This document shows, in pieces, positions 1 through 9,290 of a DNA stretch of 64,000 nucleotides. Positions within the stretch are counted from its first letter, which is position 1; each line of letters begins with the position of its first letter. The notes under the pieces are model-generated. The model did not search any database. It worked only from the letters and a program-made list of their open reading frames with translations, and was not told the origin of the DNA. The stretch comes from Burkholderiales bacterium (GTDB lineage Bacteria > Pseudomonadota > Gammaproteobacteria > Burkholderiales > SG8-39), in NCBI GenBank assembly GCA_035459025.1, contig DATHYT010000045.1, positions 13,171 to 77,170 of the forward strand, written 5' to 3'. A program made the translations under genes and the position numbers.

Positions 1-531
1 CACGGCCTCGGGCCGCTGCATGATCGACGCGAGCGTCGCGCCCTCGGGCGCGCGCAGCAGCAGCGGCAGCGGCACCCAGCCTTCCAGCCGGCCGCCCGCG
101 CCCGTCACGAACACGCGCTGCACGGTGGCTTCAATGTGGCGCACGCGATCGAGCGCCTCGACGGCGCGTGTCGCCCCCGGCAGCGCCAGCACGTCGGGAT
201 CGGTCCAGGCGCCGACGGTATCCTCGATGTAGCCGAGCAGCAGCTGCGAGGCGAGTGCCGCCGCGGTGGGCAGCCCGGCGATGAGCCGCGCGCGGCGCGG
301 CTCGGCGACATGGCGCAGCACCGCCACCACGGGTTGCGTGCCGAGCTCGCCGAGGAGCGCAAGCACCTGCTCGTCGTCGAGCCCGGCGAGGCTGCGCGCC
401 GCCGCGTTCGGCAGCATCGCCGAGAGCACCGGCGCAGCCAGCCGCGCCGGCACGCGGTCGAGCAGCCCGGCGGCGGCCGCCGGGGCCAGCGATTCCAGCA
501 CGCGCGCGGCTTCCGCCGGGTGCGCGCGCAT
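1..531 (-). CDS. MgtE-family Mg2+ transporter, N-terminal part only (MgtE_N-like plus CBS-like region); the gene runs off the window edge
   Basis: Absent from the ORF track because no stop lies inside the window. My own minus-strand translation from ATG (complement of 529-531) reads MRAHPAEAARVLESLAPAAAAGLLDRVPARLAAPVLSAMLP...LGYIEDTVGAWTDPDVLALPGATRAVEALDRVRH...RVFVTGAGGRLEGWVPLPLLL. It lies 25 nt downstream of the MscS-like gene on the same strand. Confidence 0.55.
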   Translation of the reverse strand, partial: MRAHPAEAARVLESLAPAAAAGLLDRVPARLAAPVLSAMLPNAAARSLAGLDDEQVLALLGELGTQPVVAVLRHVAEPRRARLIAGLPTAAALASQLLLGYIEDTVGAWTDPDVLALPGATRAVEALDRVRHIEATVQRVFVTGAGGRLEGWVPLPLLLRAPEGATLASIMQRPEAV

Positions 532-556
532 GAAGGCAAAGCTTAGGGTTTCGGCA

Positions 557-1372
557 TCAGCCATTGCCGTCGCCCGTGAGCAGCACGATGGGCTCGTCGT
601 GATAGACGCGCCCGGGCAGCGCGACCCGGCCTTCTTTGGCTTCCAGCACCAGCGACGTGGCGCTCACCTCGACAATACGGCCCTCGAATCCGGCGACGCG
701 CACGCGCTGCCCGATCTGGAACGCCTGGCGCAGGTAATGCGCGCCGATCAAATTCGCGACGTAGCCGCGCGCGCCCAGGCTCACCGCGATGGTGACGCCG
801 CCGAGCACCGAGGCTATGACCACCGCGGCGAGGATCGCGAGCCAGGTAACCCGGATGCCGATCTGGTCGGCGCCCACCAGGATCGCGGCGACCAGCGTCG
901 CGCCCTGCGCCAGGCGCGCAAGCGCCGTGCGCTGCGCGGGCTGCAGCCGCACCGCGGTGGCGTGCACCAGGTCGGCGACGAAGCTCGCCAGGACGTAGCC
1001 GGCGACCACGATCAGCACGCCCGCGGCGAGCGTCGGCAGGTAATCGAGCAGCCGCGCCAGCCAGTCGGTGAAGGTCTGCAGGCCGAGCACGTGCGTCGCC
1101 GCGGTGACGAAAAAGAGCAGCACCACCCAGTAGACGACGGTGCCGAGCACGTTCGCCGAGCGGCCCACGCGCAGGCGCGACGGTCCCGCCAGGCGCTCGA
1201 TCAGCGATTCCGCCAGCTGCATGCCGCGCACCGTGAGCACGCGCAGCAGACGCGCGAGCAGCCAGCCCGCGGCGAGCAGCAGCAATGCGCCGATCAGGCT
1301 CGGCAGGTGCGCGGCGAGGCGCTCGAGCAGCGCGCCGGCGGCGCCGGCGAAGGAATCGCCGAAGTTGTTCAT
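557..1372 (-). CDS. mechanosensitive ion channel (MscS family) protein
   Basis: ORF track 557..1456(-). Start moved to the in-frame ATG at complement 1370-1372 (MNNFGDSF...) because the first 28 codons are Arg/Ser-rich junk. It has several hydrophobic helices followed by the MscS-like beta segment IGQRVRVAGFEGRIVEVSATSLVLE. Confidence 0.75.
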   Translation of the reverse strand: MNNFGDSFAGAAGALLERLAAHLPSLIGALLLLAAGWLLARLLRVLTVRGMQLAESLIERLAGPSRLRVGRSANVLGTVVYWVVLLFFVTAATHVLGLQTFTDWLARLLDYLPTLAAGVLIVVAGYVLASFVADLVHATAVRLQPAQRTALARLAQGATLVAAILVGADQIGIRVTWLAILAAVVIASVLGGVTIAVSLGARGYVANLIGAHYLRQAFQIGQRVRVAGFEGRIVEVSATSLVLEAKEGRVALPGRVYHDEPIVLLTGDGNG

Positions 1373-1510
1373 GCGTGTATGGTATCGCGATGAACTTGCA
1401 GTAGACCATCGCGCCCTTGCGCCGACGGAGCCGGCATGGACCGGCGCCCGGGGCACCGCGGCCCGTCGCGTTCAACCCCGACGGCGAGATCGCGCGCGCG
1501 CTGCCGTGAG

Positions 1511-1867
1511 TCAGCGCGGCACTGTCGCCCGCATCGTCTTGCCGTCATAACCCTTCGGCTTGTGCCGCGCGCGCACGGTCACGTGCGTGACGCCTGCCGG
1601 GATCCGCACGCCGTAGAGATCCCGCGTAAACGGCTGCTCGGTCTCGTGCGGGTGATACAGGACGCGCCGGCCGAGCACTGCGCCGTCGGGCCCGATCACC
1701 TCGAACGCATCGGCGTAATGGTGCCAGCCCTTGTCCACGCTCTTCACCGTGACGTCGAAGTCGTAGGTACCGGCGCTGTTGCGCCGAACTTTCACGTCCA
1801 CGACGTCGGCTTCGCCGGCGAAGGCGCCCTGGGCAAGCAGCAGCACTGCGATCAGAACGGCTCTCAT
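1511..1867 (-). CDS. small secreted protein of unknown function (His-rich motifs WHHY and YHPHE)
   Basis: 118-aa ORF with a clear signal peptide, MRAVLIAVLLLAQGAFA/GEA. Its ATG shares one base with the TGA of the upstream RdhA-like gene (TGATG at 1865-1869), implying translational coupling. Confidence 0.6.
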   Translation of the reverse strand: MRAVLIAVLLLAQGAFAGEADVVDVKVRRNSAGTYDFDVTVKSVDKGWHHYADAFEVIGPDGAVLGRRVLYHPHETEQPFTRDLYGVRIPAGVTHVTVRARHKPKGYDGKTMRATVPR

Positions 1868-3909
1868 CAGGGCATCCTCTTCGCAGCCGCGTACGCCGCC
1901 AGGCCCGCCTGGCGATCGATCGGCACGACATCTCTGACCGTGGTGCCGCCTTTGGGTTGCAGCTCGGGCGGGAAAAAGGCGAGCTTCTGCGCCTTGGCCA
2001 GCTTCTCGCCGCGCCCGAGGTCGAGGTCGCGCTCGTTTGCCGACGCCGGCTTCAGCGCCACGCCGTCCACGATCTCAAGGTCGAACCACCAGCGCTTCAA
2101 CGGGTTCCTCGCGCCGCCGCCGGTCGCGTCGTCGTAGTCGATGAGCGCGCGGCGCGCAGCCGGCACGTCGATGGACAGCCAAAGCAGCTTCTCCGACTCC
2201 ACCAGGTCCTCGCGGTTGTAGGGGCAGGTCTTCATGCAGCGTCCGCAGGCCGAGCCCCTGGCGTTGGTCAGGCGGTAGCGCCCGCACTTCTCCACGTCGG
2301 GCTTCCAGATCTCGTAGCCGTTGAACATCACCTTCGCGCCGAAGGGTATGGCGTTGCAGGGACATTCGCGCGCGCACTTCTGGCACATGCGGCACACCGC
2401 CTGCAGGCCGAAGTCGACCGGCCGGTCCACTTCGAGCGGCAGGTCGGTGGTGAAGACGACCGACTTGGAGCGCGGGCCGATGAACGGATTGAGCACCAGC
2501 TCGCCGATCCGCGACATCTCGCCCAGGCCCGCCATCAGCATCGCCGGCAGGTGCAGCAGCTCCGAGTGCGCGTTCGAGTGCACGCGCGACGAATGGCCGA
2601 GACGGCGCAGGTGCGCGGCCATCACGCCGGCGAGGTGCGCGCCGCGCATGTACGCGCGCATCGACTGCGCGCCCGAGACCCAGTCGTCGCCGGAGCTGCC
2701 CTCCATGGTCTCGAAGCCCTGGTCGATCAGCATCACCACCGCGTACGGGTGGTAGGCGTCGATCGGCTCGCCCGCCTCGTCGCCGTGCGAGTAGTACATC
2801 CAGGGCTCGGCGCGGCAGATGCCCACCAGGTCCGCGCCCAGGTAGTAGCCGAGCGCCTTGACCGCCTCGGCGTTGCGCCTTGCGTCCTTGAGCGAGGAAC
2901 CGGCAAGCGGCTCGCGCCCGCCCTGCAGCGGCACCATGTTGCGGATCAGCGGCGTCATCGCGAACGCGAGCGGGTGCTTGACGGCGAAGCGGCGGCGCTC
3001 GTGCGCCGGCCTTTCGCCGAGGTCGCCGGCAAGCGCGCGCGAGAACAGGTCGGCGCGCTTTGGCACGCGCTTGATCTCCTCGCGCAGAACCCGCGTCGTG
3101 GGCTCGTCCACGCGCGGGATGCGCTCCATCTCGTAGCGGCCAAGATGCAAGGGGCGCCGGTCTTGCTCCGCCTCGGTCCACCCCGGCCGGGTCCCCGGCT
3201 TGCCCATGTACGCGTCGAGGCTCGGCCAGTCGAGCGACGCGATCGGAGTGTCGGCCGCGAATTCGTAGTCGGTGGTGACCACGCCCAGGCGGAAACCGCG
3301 CTTCAGGAACGGCGCGGCGAGCACGCCGCCCGCGGCCCGCACGAGCCCCGCGCGCTGCGCGAGCCGCTCGATCGACACCTGGGTGTGTTCCGCGAAATGC
3401 CCGCGCGCGTGCCAGCCCAGCGCCCGCACATAGCCCGACATGACCACCGCGACCTCGGCGCAGCGCAGGTCGGTCTTCGCGCTGTTGGTGCCGCGGATCC
3501 ACGCGTCGCCCGCCTCGCCCGGCTGCGTTTCGCGGCCGAATTCGACGAGGAAAACGAACGCGTGGCTGTGCGCCGGGCGCTCCTGCGTGAGCCAGTCGCC
3601 CGCCTCGAGGCGGCAGCCCCCGGCAAGGGTGACGTCAAGGAAGTAGGCCGACGCCTTCAGGTTCTGCGCGCGCTGCTCCAGGTCCTCGGGCACCGGCGCG
3701 CGGCTGCGCGCGACCTCGCCGTCGAGGAACTTCGCGAACAGCTCGCGGTACTCGGGCAGCGCCGCGGCGATCGAATCGGGCGCCGCCGCCGACGCATCCG
3801 CCGGCGGGCGCGCCTGCAGGGCCGGCGCGCCCGCATCGCGCGGCAGCAGCTCAACGGGCAGTGGACCGAGGTCGAAGGGGCGGTCGCGGTTCGAGAACAG
3901 GCGCGCCAT
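1867..3909 (-). CDS. reductive-dehalogenase-family (RdhA-like) iron-sulfur protein, cytoplasmic type (no Tat signal, no RdhB anchor)
   Basis: Part of ORF 1867..4572(-). Real start taken at MARLFSNRDRPF (complement 3907-3909, in frame); the upstream 221 codons are Arg/Gly/Ala junk that overlaps the rubrerythrin-like gene. Two ferredoxin-type cluster motifs near the C-terminus, CRMCQKCARECPCN and CGRYRLTNARGSACGRCMKTCPYN, match the CxxCxxCxxxCP plus Cx(n)CxxCxxxCP arrangement typical of RdhA/QueG-fold enzymes. At about 680 aa it is the size of the aerobic 'catabolic' RdhA type. Confidence 0.6.
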   Translation of the reverse strand: MARLFSNRDRPFDLGPLPVELLPRDAGAPALQARPPADASAAAPDSIAAALPEYRELFAKFLDGEVARSRAPVPEDLEQRAQNLKASAYFLDVTLAGGCRLEAGDWLTQERPAHSHAFVFLVEFGRETQPGEAGDAWIRGTNSAKTDLRCAEVAVVMSGYVRALGWHARGHFAEHTQVSIERLAQRAGLVRAAGGVLAAPFLKRGFRLGVVTTDYEFAADTPIASLDWPSLDAYMGKPGTRPGWTEAEQDRRPLHLGRYEMERIPRVDEPTTRVLREEIKRVPKRADLFSRALAGDLGERPAHERRRFAVKHPLAFAMTPLIRNMVPLQGGREPLAGSSLKDARRNAEAVKALGYYLGADLVGICRAEPWMYYSHGDEAGEPIDAYHPYAVVMLIDQGFETMEGSSGDDWVSGAQSMRAYMRGAHLAGVMAAHLRRLGHSSRVHSNAHSELLHLPAMLMAGLGEMSRIGELVLNPFIGPRSKSVVFTTDLPLEVDRPVDFGLQAVCRMCQKCARECPCNAIPFGAKVMFNGYEIWKPDVEKCGRYRLTNARGSACGRCMKTCPYNREDLVESEKLLWLSIDVPAARRALIDYDDATGGGARNPLKRWWFDLEIVDGVALKPASANERDLDLGRGEKLAKAQKLAFFPPELQPKGGTTVRDVVPIDRQAGLAAYAAAKRMP

Positions 3910-3956
3910 CCCCCAATTCTCGTGCAAAAACCCGGGCCGCGCCGCGCGCCCGGGCG

Positions 3957-4460
3957 CTAGTCGCCGAACACCGTGGTCCAGTCCACGCGCACGTCGGGCG
4001 TGCGCTCGATCGCCTGTTCGACCATGGCGATGTGCCCCTCTTCCTCGAGCGCCATCTCCTGCGCGAGCGCGCGCAGCGCCGGATCCGCGGCGCTCGCGTG
4101 CACCTCGGCGAAGAACTGGTGCGCGCGGCGCTCGGCGTCGAGCGCGATGGCGAGCGCGTGGCGCGGCGTGAGCAGGCGGAACACCAGCTCGCGCGCCACC
4201 GTCTCCGGCGCGCTCGCGTCGAGCCAGGCGTACTCGGCGGGCGCGAACTTCGGCACCTCGACGCCAGCGGTACGCGCCTCCAACGTGTCGAGGTGCTCTG
4301 CCTCGTACACCGCCAGCGTGCGGAACAGCGCCGCGACCTCGTCGTTGCCCAGATCCGCCATGAACTGCGCCAGCTCGGCATAGCGCTCGGCGGCCTCGCG
4401 CTCGATGGCGATGGCGTGCGCGTAGAGCTCGGCGGGCGTGCGGATCGGGGGGCGGTTCAT
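3957..4460 (-). CDS. ferritin-like di-iron protein (rubrerythrin family, no rubredoxin domain)
   Basis: 167-aa ORF. It shows four-helix-bundle di-iron ligand motifs: IEREAAERY, YEAEHLD (ExxH), LDAERRAHQFF and ALEEEGHIAM (ExxH). It sits 47 nt upstream of the RdhA-like gene on the same strand. Confidence 0.7.
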   Translation of the reverse strand: MNRPPIRTPAELYAHAIAIEREAAERYAELAQFMADLGNDEVAALFRTLAVYEAEHLDTLEARTAGVEVPKFAPAEYAWLDASAPETVARELVFRLLTPRHALAIALDAERRAHQFFAEVHASAADPALRALAQEMALEEEGHIAMVEQAIERTPDVRVDWTTVFGD

Positions 4461-4574
4461 GGCGCGTCGGCGGTTGGCCCGATGCCGCCACTGTGCGTCG
4501 CAACGCGGCGCCCGGCTTGACCCAGATCAAACACCCCGCGCTCCGTATAATCCCCGCATACGGGGGAGGCATCG

Positions 4575-6617
4575 ATGCCGGGCAGTGCGGTCAGCGGCAG
4601 GCTGTTCGGCCTCATATGGCCGCTGCTCGCGGCCATGGTCCTGCTGCTGCTCGTCGCGGTGCTTGGCATGCAGGTGCTGTCGGTGATCCGCGCCTACATC
4701 GCCGGCGAGAGCCACTGGTCGAAGGCGCAGAAGGACGCCGTGTCCCAGCTGGTGCACTACGCGCAGACCGGCGACGCCATGGCCTACCGGATGTACCAGT
4801 CGAGCATCGCGGTCAACCTCGGCGTCCGCCGCGCTCGGCTCGCCATGGAAGGCCCGGAGCCCGATCCCGAGACCGCGCGCCTCGGTCTGCTCGAAGGCCG
4901 CAACCATGCCGACGACGTCGGCGCCATGGTGGCGTTGTATCCATACTTCCGCCACGAGCCGGACGTGGCGAACGCCATCGACGCCTGGGTACGCGCCGAC
5001 GCGTTGCTGGTGCGGCTGCATGGCCTGGCGCAGGCGCTCCGCGTCGAGGTCGAGGTGCGCGGCGCCGGAACGCCGCGCACGCACGATCTCGCCAACGAGG
5101 CGATCGCGCTCGGCAAGCTGATCACTCCCCTCGCGCAGGAGTATGCCGACGCGATGTCGGCCGCCGCCCGGCGCACCTCGCAGCTGATCGCCCTGGCCGG
5201 CGCACTGCTGACGCTGCTGCTTGCCGCCGGCGGCATCCTCATCTCCCGGCGCAGCCTCGCGCGCCTGCAGCGTGCCGAGGCGCAGCAGCGCTCCGCCGAG
5301 CAGCGCCTGGCCCAGCTCGCGCAATTCGACGCCCTCACCGGCCTCGCCAACCGCACGTTGTTCCAGGATCGCCTGGCGCAGGCGATCGCGCGCGCGCACC
5401 GCAGCGAGCGGCGCGTCGCGCTGCTGTTCCTCGATCTCGACCGCTTCAAGGAGATCAACGACTCGCTCGGCCATGAAGCCGGCGACTGCGTGCTGCAGGA
5501 GGCCGGTGTGCGCCTGCGCCGGCAGCTGCGCGAGGGCGACTCGGTGGCGCGCCTGGGCGGCGACGAGTTCACGGTGATCCTGGAAGACGTGGAAAGCGCC
5601 GAGCAGGTGCAGGAGGTGGCGAAGAAGCTGCTGCGCGCCTTCGCCGAACCGATGTCCTTCGCCGGCCGCGACCTGTTCGTCACGCTCTCGATCGGCATCG
5701 CGCTCTACCCCAGGGACGGCGACGACGCCGACAGCCTGCTCAAGCACGCCGACACCGCGATGTACCAGGCGAAGCACGAAGGTCGCGACAACCTGCAGTT
5801 CTACGCGGCCGCCATGAGCGCGGCCGCGAACGAGCGCCTCTCGCTCGAGGGCAGTCTGCGGCAGGCGCTGGAGCGCAGCGAGTTCGTGCTGCATTACCAG
5901 CCGGTGGTGCGGCTGGCGAGCGGCGAGATCTCGAGCGTCGAGGCGCTGCTGCGCTGGCGCCACCCGCAGGACGGCCTGGTGCCGCCGGGGCGCTTCATCG
6001 GCGCGGCCGAGCAGAACGGCCTCATCGTGCCGATCGGCGCCTGGGTGCTGCAGGAAGCCTGCGCGCAGGCTGCGCGCTGGCAGGCGGCGGGCCTGCGGCC
6101 GGTGCGCGTGGCGGTCAACCTGTCGGCACGCCAGTTCCGGCGCCCCGGTCTGGTGGACACGGTGCGCGCGGCGCTGCGCGCCGCGGCGCTGCATCCGCAG
6201 TGGCTGCTGCTGGAGATCACCGAGACCCTGCTGATGGATAACCCGACCGCGGGCAGCGCGGTGCTGGGGGCGCTGCGCGACCTGGGCGCGCACATGGCGC
6301 TTGATGACTTCGGCACCGGGTATTCCTCGCTCGCCTACCTGAAGCACTTCCCGCTCGACTTCATCAAGATCGACCACTCGTTCGTGCGCGACATTCCGGG
6401 CGATGCCGACGACGCGTCGATCGTCAAGGCCACCATCGGCCTCGCCGCAAGCCTCGGCATGCTGACCACCGCGGAAGGCGTCGAAACGCAGGCGCAGCTC
6501 GCGTTCCTGAAGGAGCACGGGTGCCGCTACGGGCAGGGATTCCTGTTCAGCCCGGCGGTGGAGGCGGATGCGTTCGCGGCGATGCTGCGCGAGGAGCGTA
6601 TCCTCGGCGGCGCCTAG
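4575..6617 (+). CDS. membrane-bound bifunctional diguanylate cyclase/phosphodiesterase (periplasmic helical sensor - GGDEF - EAL)
   Basis: 680 aa. Two TM segments flank a region of about 190 aa. The GGDEF motif is intact (VARLGGDEFTVIL) and the EAL motif is intact (VEALLRWRH), with downstream DDFGTGYSSL and the QGFLF-type ending. GGGGGAGG Shine-Dalgarno lies 5 nt before the ATG. Confidence 0.9.
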   Translation: MPGSAVSGRLFGLIWPLLAAMVLLLLVAVLGMQVLSVIRAYIAGESHWSKAQKDAVSQLVHYAQTGDAMAYRMYQSSIAVNLGVRRARLAMEGPEPDPETARLGLLEGRNHADDVGAMVALYPYFRHEPDVANAIDAWVRADALLVRLHGLAQALRVEVEVRGAGTPRTHDLANEAIALGKLITPLAQEYADAMSAAARRTSQLIALAGALLTLLLAAGGILISRRSLARLQRAEAQQRSAEQRLAQLAQFDALTGLANRTLFQDRLAQAIARAHRSERRVALLFLDLDRFKEINDSLGHEAGDCVLQEAGVRLRRQLREGDSVARLGGDEFTVILEDVESAEQVQEVAKKLLRAFAEPMSFAGRDLFVTLSIGIALYPRDGDDADSLLKHADTAMYQAKHEGRDNLQFYAAAMSAAANERLSLEGSLRQALERSEFVLHYQPVVRLASGEISSVEALLRWRHPQDGLVPPGRFIGAAEQNGLIVPIGAWVLQEACAQAARWQAAGLRPVRVAVNLSARQFRRPGLVDTVRAALRAAALHPQWLLLEITETLLMDNPTAGSAVLGALRDLGAHMALDDFGTGYSSLAYLKHFPLDFIKIDHSFVRDIPGDADDASIVKATIGLAASLGMLTTAEGVETQAQLAFLKEHGCRYGQGFLFSPAVEADAFAAMLREERILGGA

Positions 6618-7633
6618 AAGCCCTCCAGCACCAGCTTGCCGACCGTGTGGCCGTGCTCGAGGCGCTGGTGCGCCTGGCGCAGGTTCTCGGCGCAGATCCG
6701 CCCGAGGTTGGCGCGGAACGTCGTCACCAGGGTGCCCGCCTCGAGCAGTCCCGCGGCGTCCTCGAGCAGGTTGTGCTGCGCCTGCATGTCCGGCGTCCGG
6801 AACGTCGAGCGCGTGAACATTCCTTCCCACGCGAAGCTCACGCTCTTTTCCTGCAGCGGCGCCAGGTCCACCGGCCGCAGCGTGCGCACGATGGAGCAGA
6901 TGCGGCCCTGCGGCGCGATGAGGCGCGCCAGCTCGGGGAAGATCGCGTCGGTGTTGTTGCAGCACAAGACGTAGTCGGCTTCCGGCGCGCCGAGCGCGGC
7001 GAGCTGCGGCGCCAGCGCCTGCGTATGGTCGACGACGGCGTCGGCGCCGAGGCCCCTGACCCAGGCGATCGAGTCGGGCCGCGAAGCGCTCGCGATGACC
7101 GTGAGGCGCGCGAGCTTCTTCGCCAGCTGGATTGCGATCGAGCCCACGCCGCCCGCGCCGCCGAGGATCAGCAGGCGCCGGCTGGCGTGGGCGCCGGACT
7201 TGGAGATGCCCATGCGATCGAACAGCGCTTCCCAGGCGGTAATGGTGGTGAGCGGCATCGCCGCGGCCTCGGCGAAGGAGAGATTCGTGGGCTTCGGGCC
7301 GACGATGCGCTCGTCGACGAGGTGCAGCTGGCAGTTCGCGCCCGGGCGCTGGTTGCTGCCCGCGTAGTAAACCTTGTCGCCCGGCTTGAAGAGCTCGGCT
7401 TCCGGACCCGTCGCCTGAACGATGCCGGCCGCGTCCCAGCCGAGAATCTTCAGCTCGGTGTCGGGACGGTTGCCCGCGGCGCGGCGCTTGGTGTCCACCG
7501 GGTTCACCGACACCGCCTTCACCTCGACCAGCAGGTCGCGGCCTTTCGGCTCGGGGGCATCGAGCGTGACGTCGAGCAGCGACTCGGGATCGTCGATGGG
7601 CAGGTACTTGTAGTGGCCGACGGCTTTCATCAT
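6614..7633 (-). CDS. zinc-type alcohol dehydrogenase / quinone oxidoreductase family protein (MDR superfamily)
   Basis: 339 aa. It has a GroES-like N-terminus (LLVEVKAVSVNPVDTK), the nucleotide-binding motif LILGGAGGVGSIAIQLAK and a C-terminal GKLVL ending. Confidence 0.85.
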   Translation of the reverse strand: MMKAVGHYKYLPIDDPESLLDVTLDAPEPKGRDLLVEVKAVSVNPVDTKRRAAGNRPDTELKILGWDAAGIVQATGPEAELFKPGDKVYYAGSNQRPGANCQLHLVDERIVGPKPTNLSFAEAAAMPLTTITAWEALFDRMGISKSGAHASRRLLILGGAGGVGSIAIQLAKKLARLTVIASASRPDSIAWVRGLGADAVVDHTQALAPQLAALGAPEADYVLCCNNTDAIFPELARLIAPQGRICSIVRTLRPVDLAPLQEKSVSFAWEGMFTRSTFRTPDMQAQHNLLEDAAGLLEAGTLVTTFRANLGRICAENLRQAHQRLEHGHTVGKLVLEGF

Positions 7634-7664
7634 GGCGATGTTACCGCGCTAGTAGAATTCCGGC

Positions 7665-9290
7665 GTGAGCAAGCCGCAGCCGCCTTCCACGTCCAACTTC
7701 ATCAAGCAGGTGATCGAGGCCGACCTCGCCTCGGGCAAGCACAAGCGCCTCGTGACCCGCTTCCCGCCCGAGCCGAACGGCTACCTGCACTTCGGCCACG
7801 CCAAGTCGATCGTGCTCAACTTCGGTCTGGCGCAGGAATACGGCGGGCGCTGCAACCTGCGCTTCGACGACACCAACCCGGAGAAGGAGGAGCAGGCCTA
7901 CGTCGATTCGATCGAGGACATGGTGCGCTGGCTGGGGTACGACTACGGCAAGGCGTTGTACGCCTCGGACTATTTCGACTTCATGTATCGGTGCGCGGAG
8001 CATCTGGCGCAGCAGGGCCTCGCCTACGTCGACAGCCAGAGCGCCGAGCAGATGCAGCACAAGCGCGGCTCGTTCACCGAGCCGGGCACGGACAGCCCGT
8101 ATCGCAGCCGCTCGCCCGGCGAGAACCTCGCGCTCCTGCGCGAGATGCGGGACAAAAAGCACCCCGACGGGACGCACGTGCTGCGCGCGAAGATCGACAT
8201 GGCTTCGCCCAACATCAACCTGCGCGACCCGGTGCTGTACCGGATCAAGCACGTGGCGCACCACCGCACCGGCGACAACTGGTGCATCTATCCAACGTAC
8301 ACCTACGCGCACCCGATCGAGGATGCGCTCGAGGGCATCACGCACTCGCTCTGCACTCTGGAGTTCGAGGACCAGCGGCCGTTCTACGACTGGCTGCTGG
8401 GCAAGCTTGCCGACGGCGGCCTGCTCAAGCGACCCCTGCCCCAGCAGATCGAGTTCGCCCGGCTCAACCTGACGCATGTCGTCCTGTCGAAGCGCCGTCT
8501 GGTCGAGCTCGTCGACAAGGGCCACGTCGACGGCTGGGACGATCCGCGCCTGCCGACGCTGGCGGGTGCGCGCCGGCGCGGCTATACGCCGGAGGGGTTC
8601 CGGCGCTTTGCCGAGCGCATCGGCATCTCGAAGGCAAATCAGGTGATCGATTTCTCCGTGCTCGAGGACGCCATGCGCGAGCACCTGAATGAGGTGGCGC
8701 CGCGGCGCATGGCCGTGCTGGATCCGGTCAAGCTGGTGATCGAGAACTATCCCGCCGGGATAGAGGAGACGGTCGAGGTGCCGAACCATCCGCAGAAACC
8801 GCAGATGGGCAAGCGCTCGGTGCCGTTCTCCGGCGAGCTGTGGATCGAGCGCGAGGATTTCCAGGAGGCGCCGCCGAAGGGATACTTTCGTCTCTATCCG
8901 GGCAACCAGGTGCGCCTGCGCTACGGCTACGTCGTCAAGTGCATCGGGTACGACAAGGCGACCGATACCGTGCGCTGCACGTACCTGCAGGACTCCCGGT
9001 CAGGCACGCCGGGCGCGGACAAGTACAAAGTGAAAGGCAACATCCACTGGGTGAGCGCAAAGCACGCGCATGCGGCCAGCGTTCACCTGTACGACCGGCT
9101 GTTCGCAGACCTGCAAAGCGACGGACTGAATCCCGGCTCGAAGAAGACGATCGGGGCCAAGCTCGAGCCGTGCCTGCAGGAGGCGCGCGCCGGCGATCCG
9201 CTGCAATTCGAGCGCCACGGCTACTTCGTCGCCGACCGCGACGGCTTCAACCGCACCGTGACGTTGCGCGACTCCTGGGCGAAGGCCTAA
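7665..9290 (+). CDS. glnS: glutamine--tRNA ligase
   Basis: 541 aa with a GTG start. Class I synthetase HIGH motif (PEPNGYLHFGHAKS) and KMSKS-type motif (VLSKRR). Overall collinear with GlnRS (FIKQVIEADL..., TRFPPEPNG...). Confidence 0.95.
   Translation: MSKPQPPSTSNFIKQVIEADLASGKHKRLVTRFPPEPNGYLHFGHAKSIVLNFGLAQEYGGRCNLRFDDTNPEKEEQAYVDSIEDMVRWLGYDYGKALYASDYFDFMYRCAEHLAQQGLAYVDSQSAEQMQHKRGSFTEPGTDSPYRSRSPGENLALLREMRDKKHPDGTHVLRAKIDMASPNINLRDPVLYRIKHVAHHRTGDNWCIYPTYTYAHPIEDALEGITHSLCTLEFEDQRPFYDWLLGKLADGGLLKRPLPQQIEFARLNLTHVVLSKRRLVELVDKGHVDGWDDPRLPTLAGARRRGYTPEGFRRFAERIGISKANQVIDFSVLEDAMREHLNEVAPRRMAVLDPVKLVIENYPAGIEETVEVPNHPQKPQMGKRSVPFSGELWIEREDFQEAPPKGYFRLYPGNQVRLRYGYVVKCIGYDKATDTVRCTYLQDSRSGTPGADKYKVKGNIHWVSAKHAHAASVHLYDRLFADLQSDGLNPGSKKTIGAKLEPCLQEARAGDPLQFERHGYFVADRDGFNRTVTLRDSWAKA

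Noticed and set aside
4517-4551. TTGACC ... TATAAT upstream of the GGDEF-EAL gene as a sigma70 promoter.
   Set aside because: The -10 is perfect, but the spacer to TTGACC is 23 nt and the hexamer at the correct distance (CAGATC) is poor. This is not enough to call a promoter.
3910-4572. A 221-codon N-terminal extension of the RdhA-like ORF (the track gives 1867..4572).
   Set aside because: The extension is Arg/Gly/Ala junk and completely overlaps the well-supported rubrerythrin-like gene in another frame. A sensible ATG (MARLFSNRD...) exists at 3909.
4527-6965. Very long antisense or out-of-frame ORFs. Examples are 4527..6965(-), 26038..28047(-), 38238..41531(+), 46335..48488(-), 51072..53999(-), 1957..3960(+), 35582..36463(+) and 58076..59815(-).
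   Set aside because: All are Arg/Ala/Gly/Pro-rich and low in complexity, and each lies opposite or out of frame to a gene with clear family motifs. They are the stop-poor shadow frames expected at about 70% GC.
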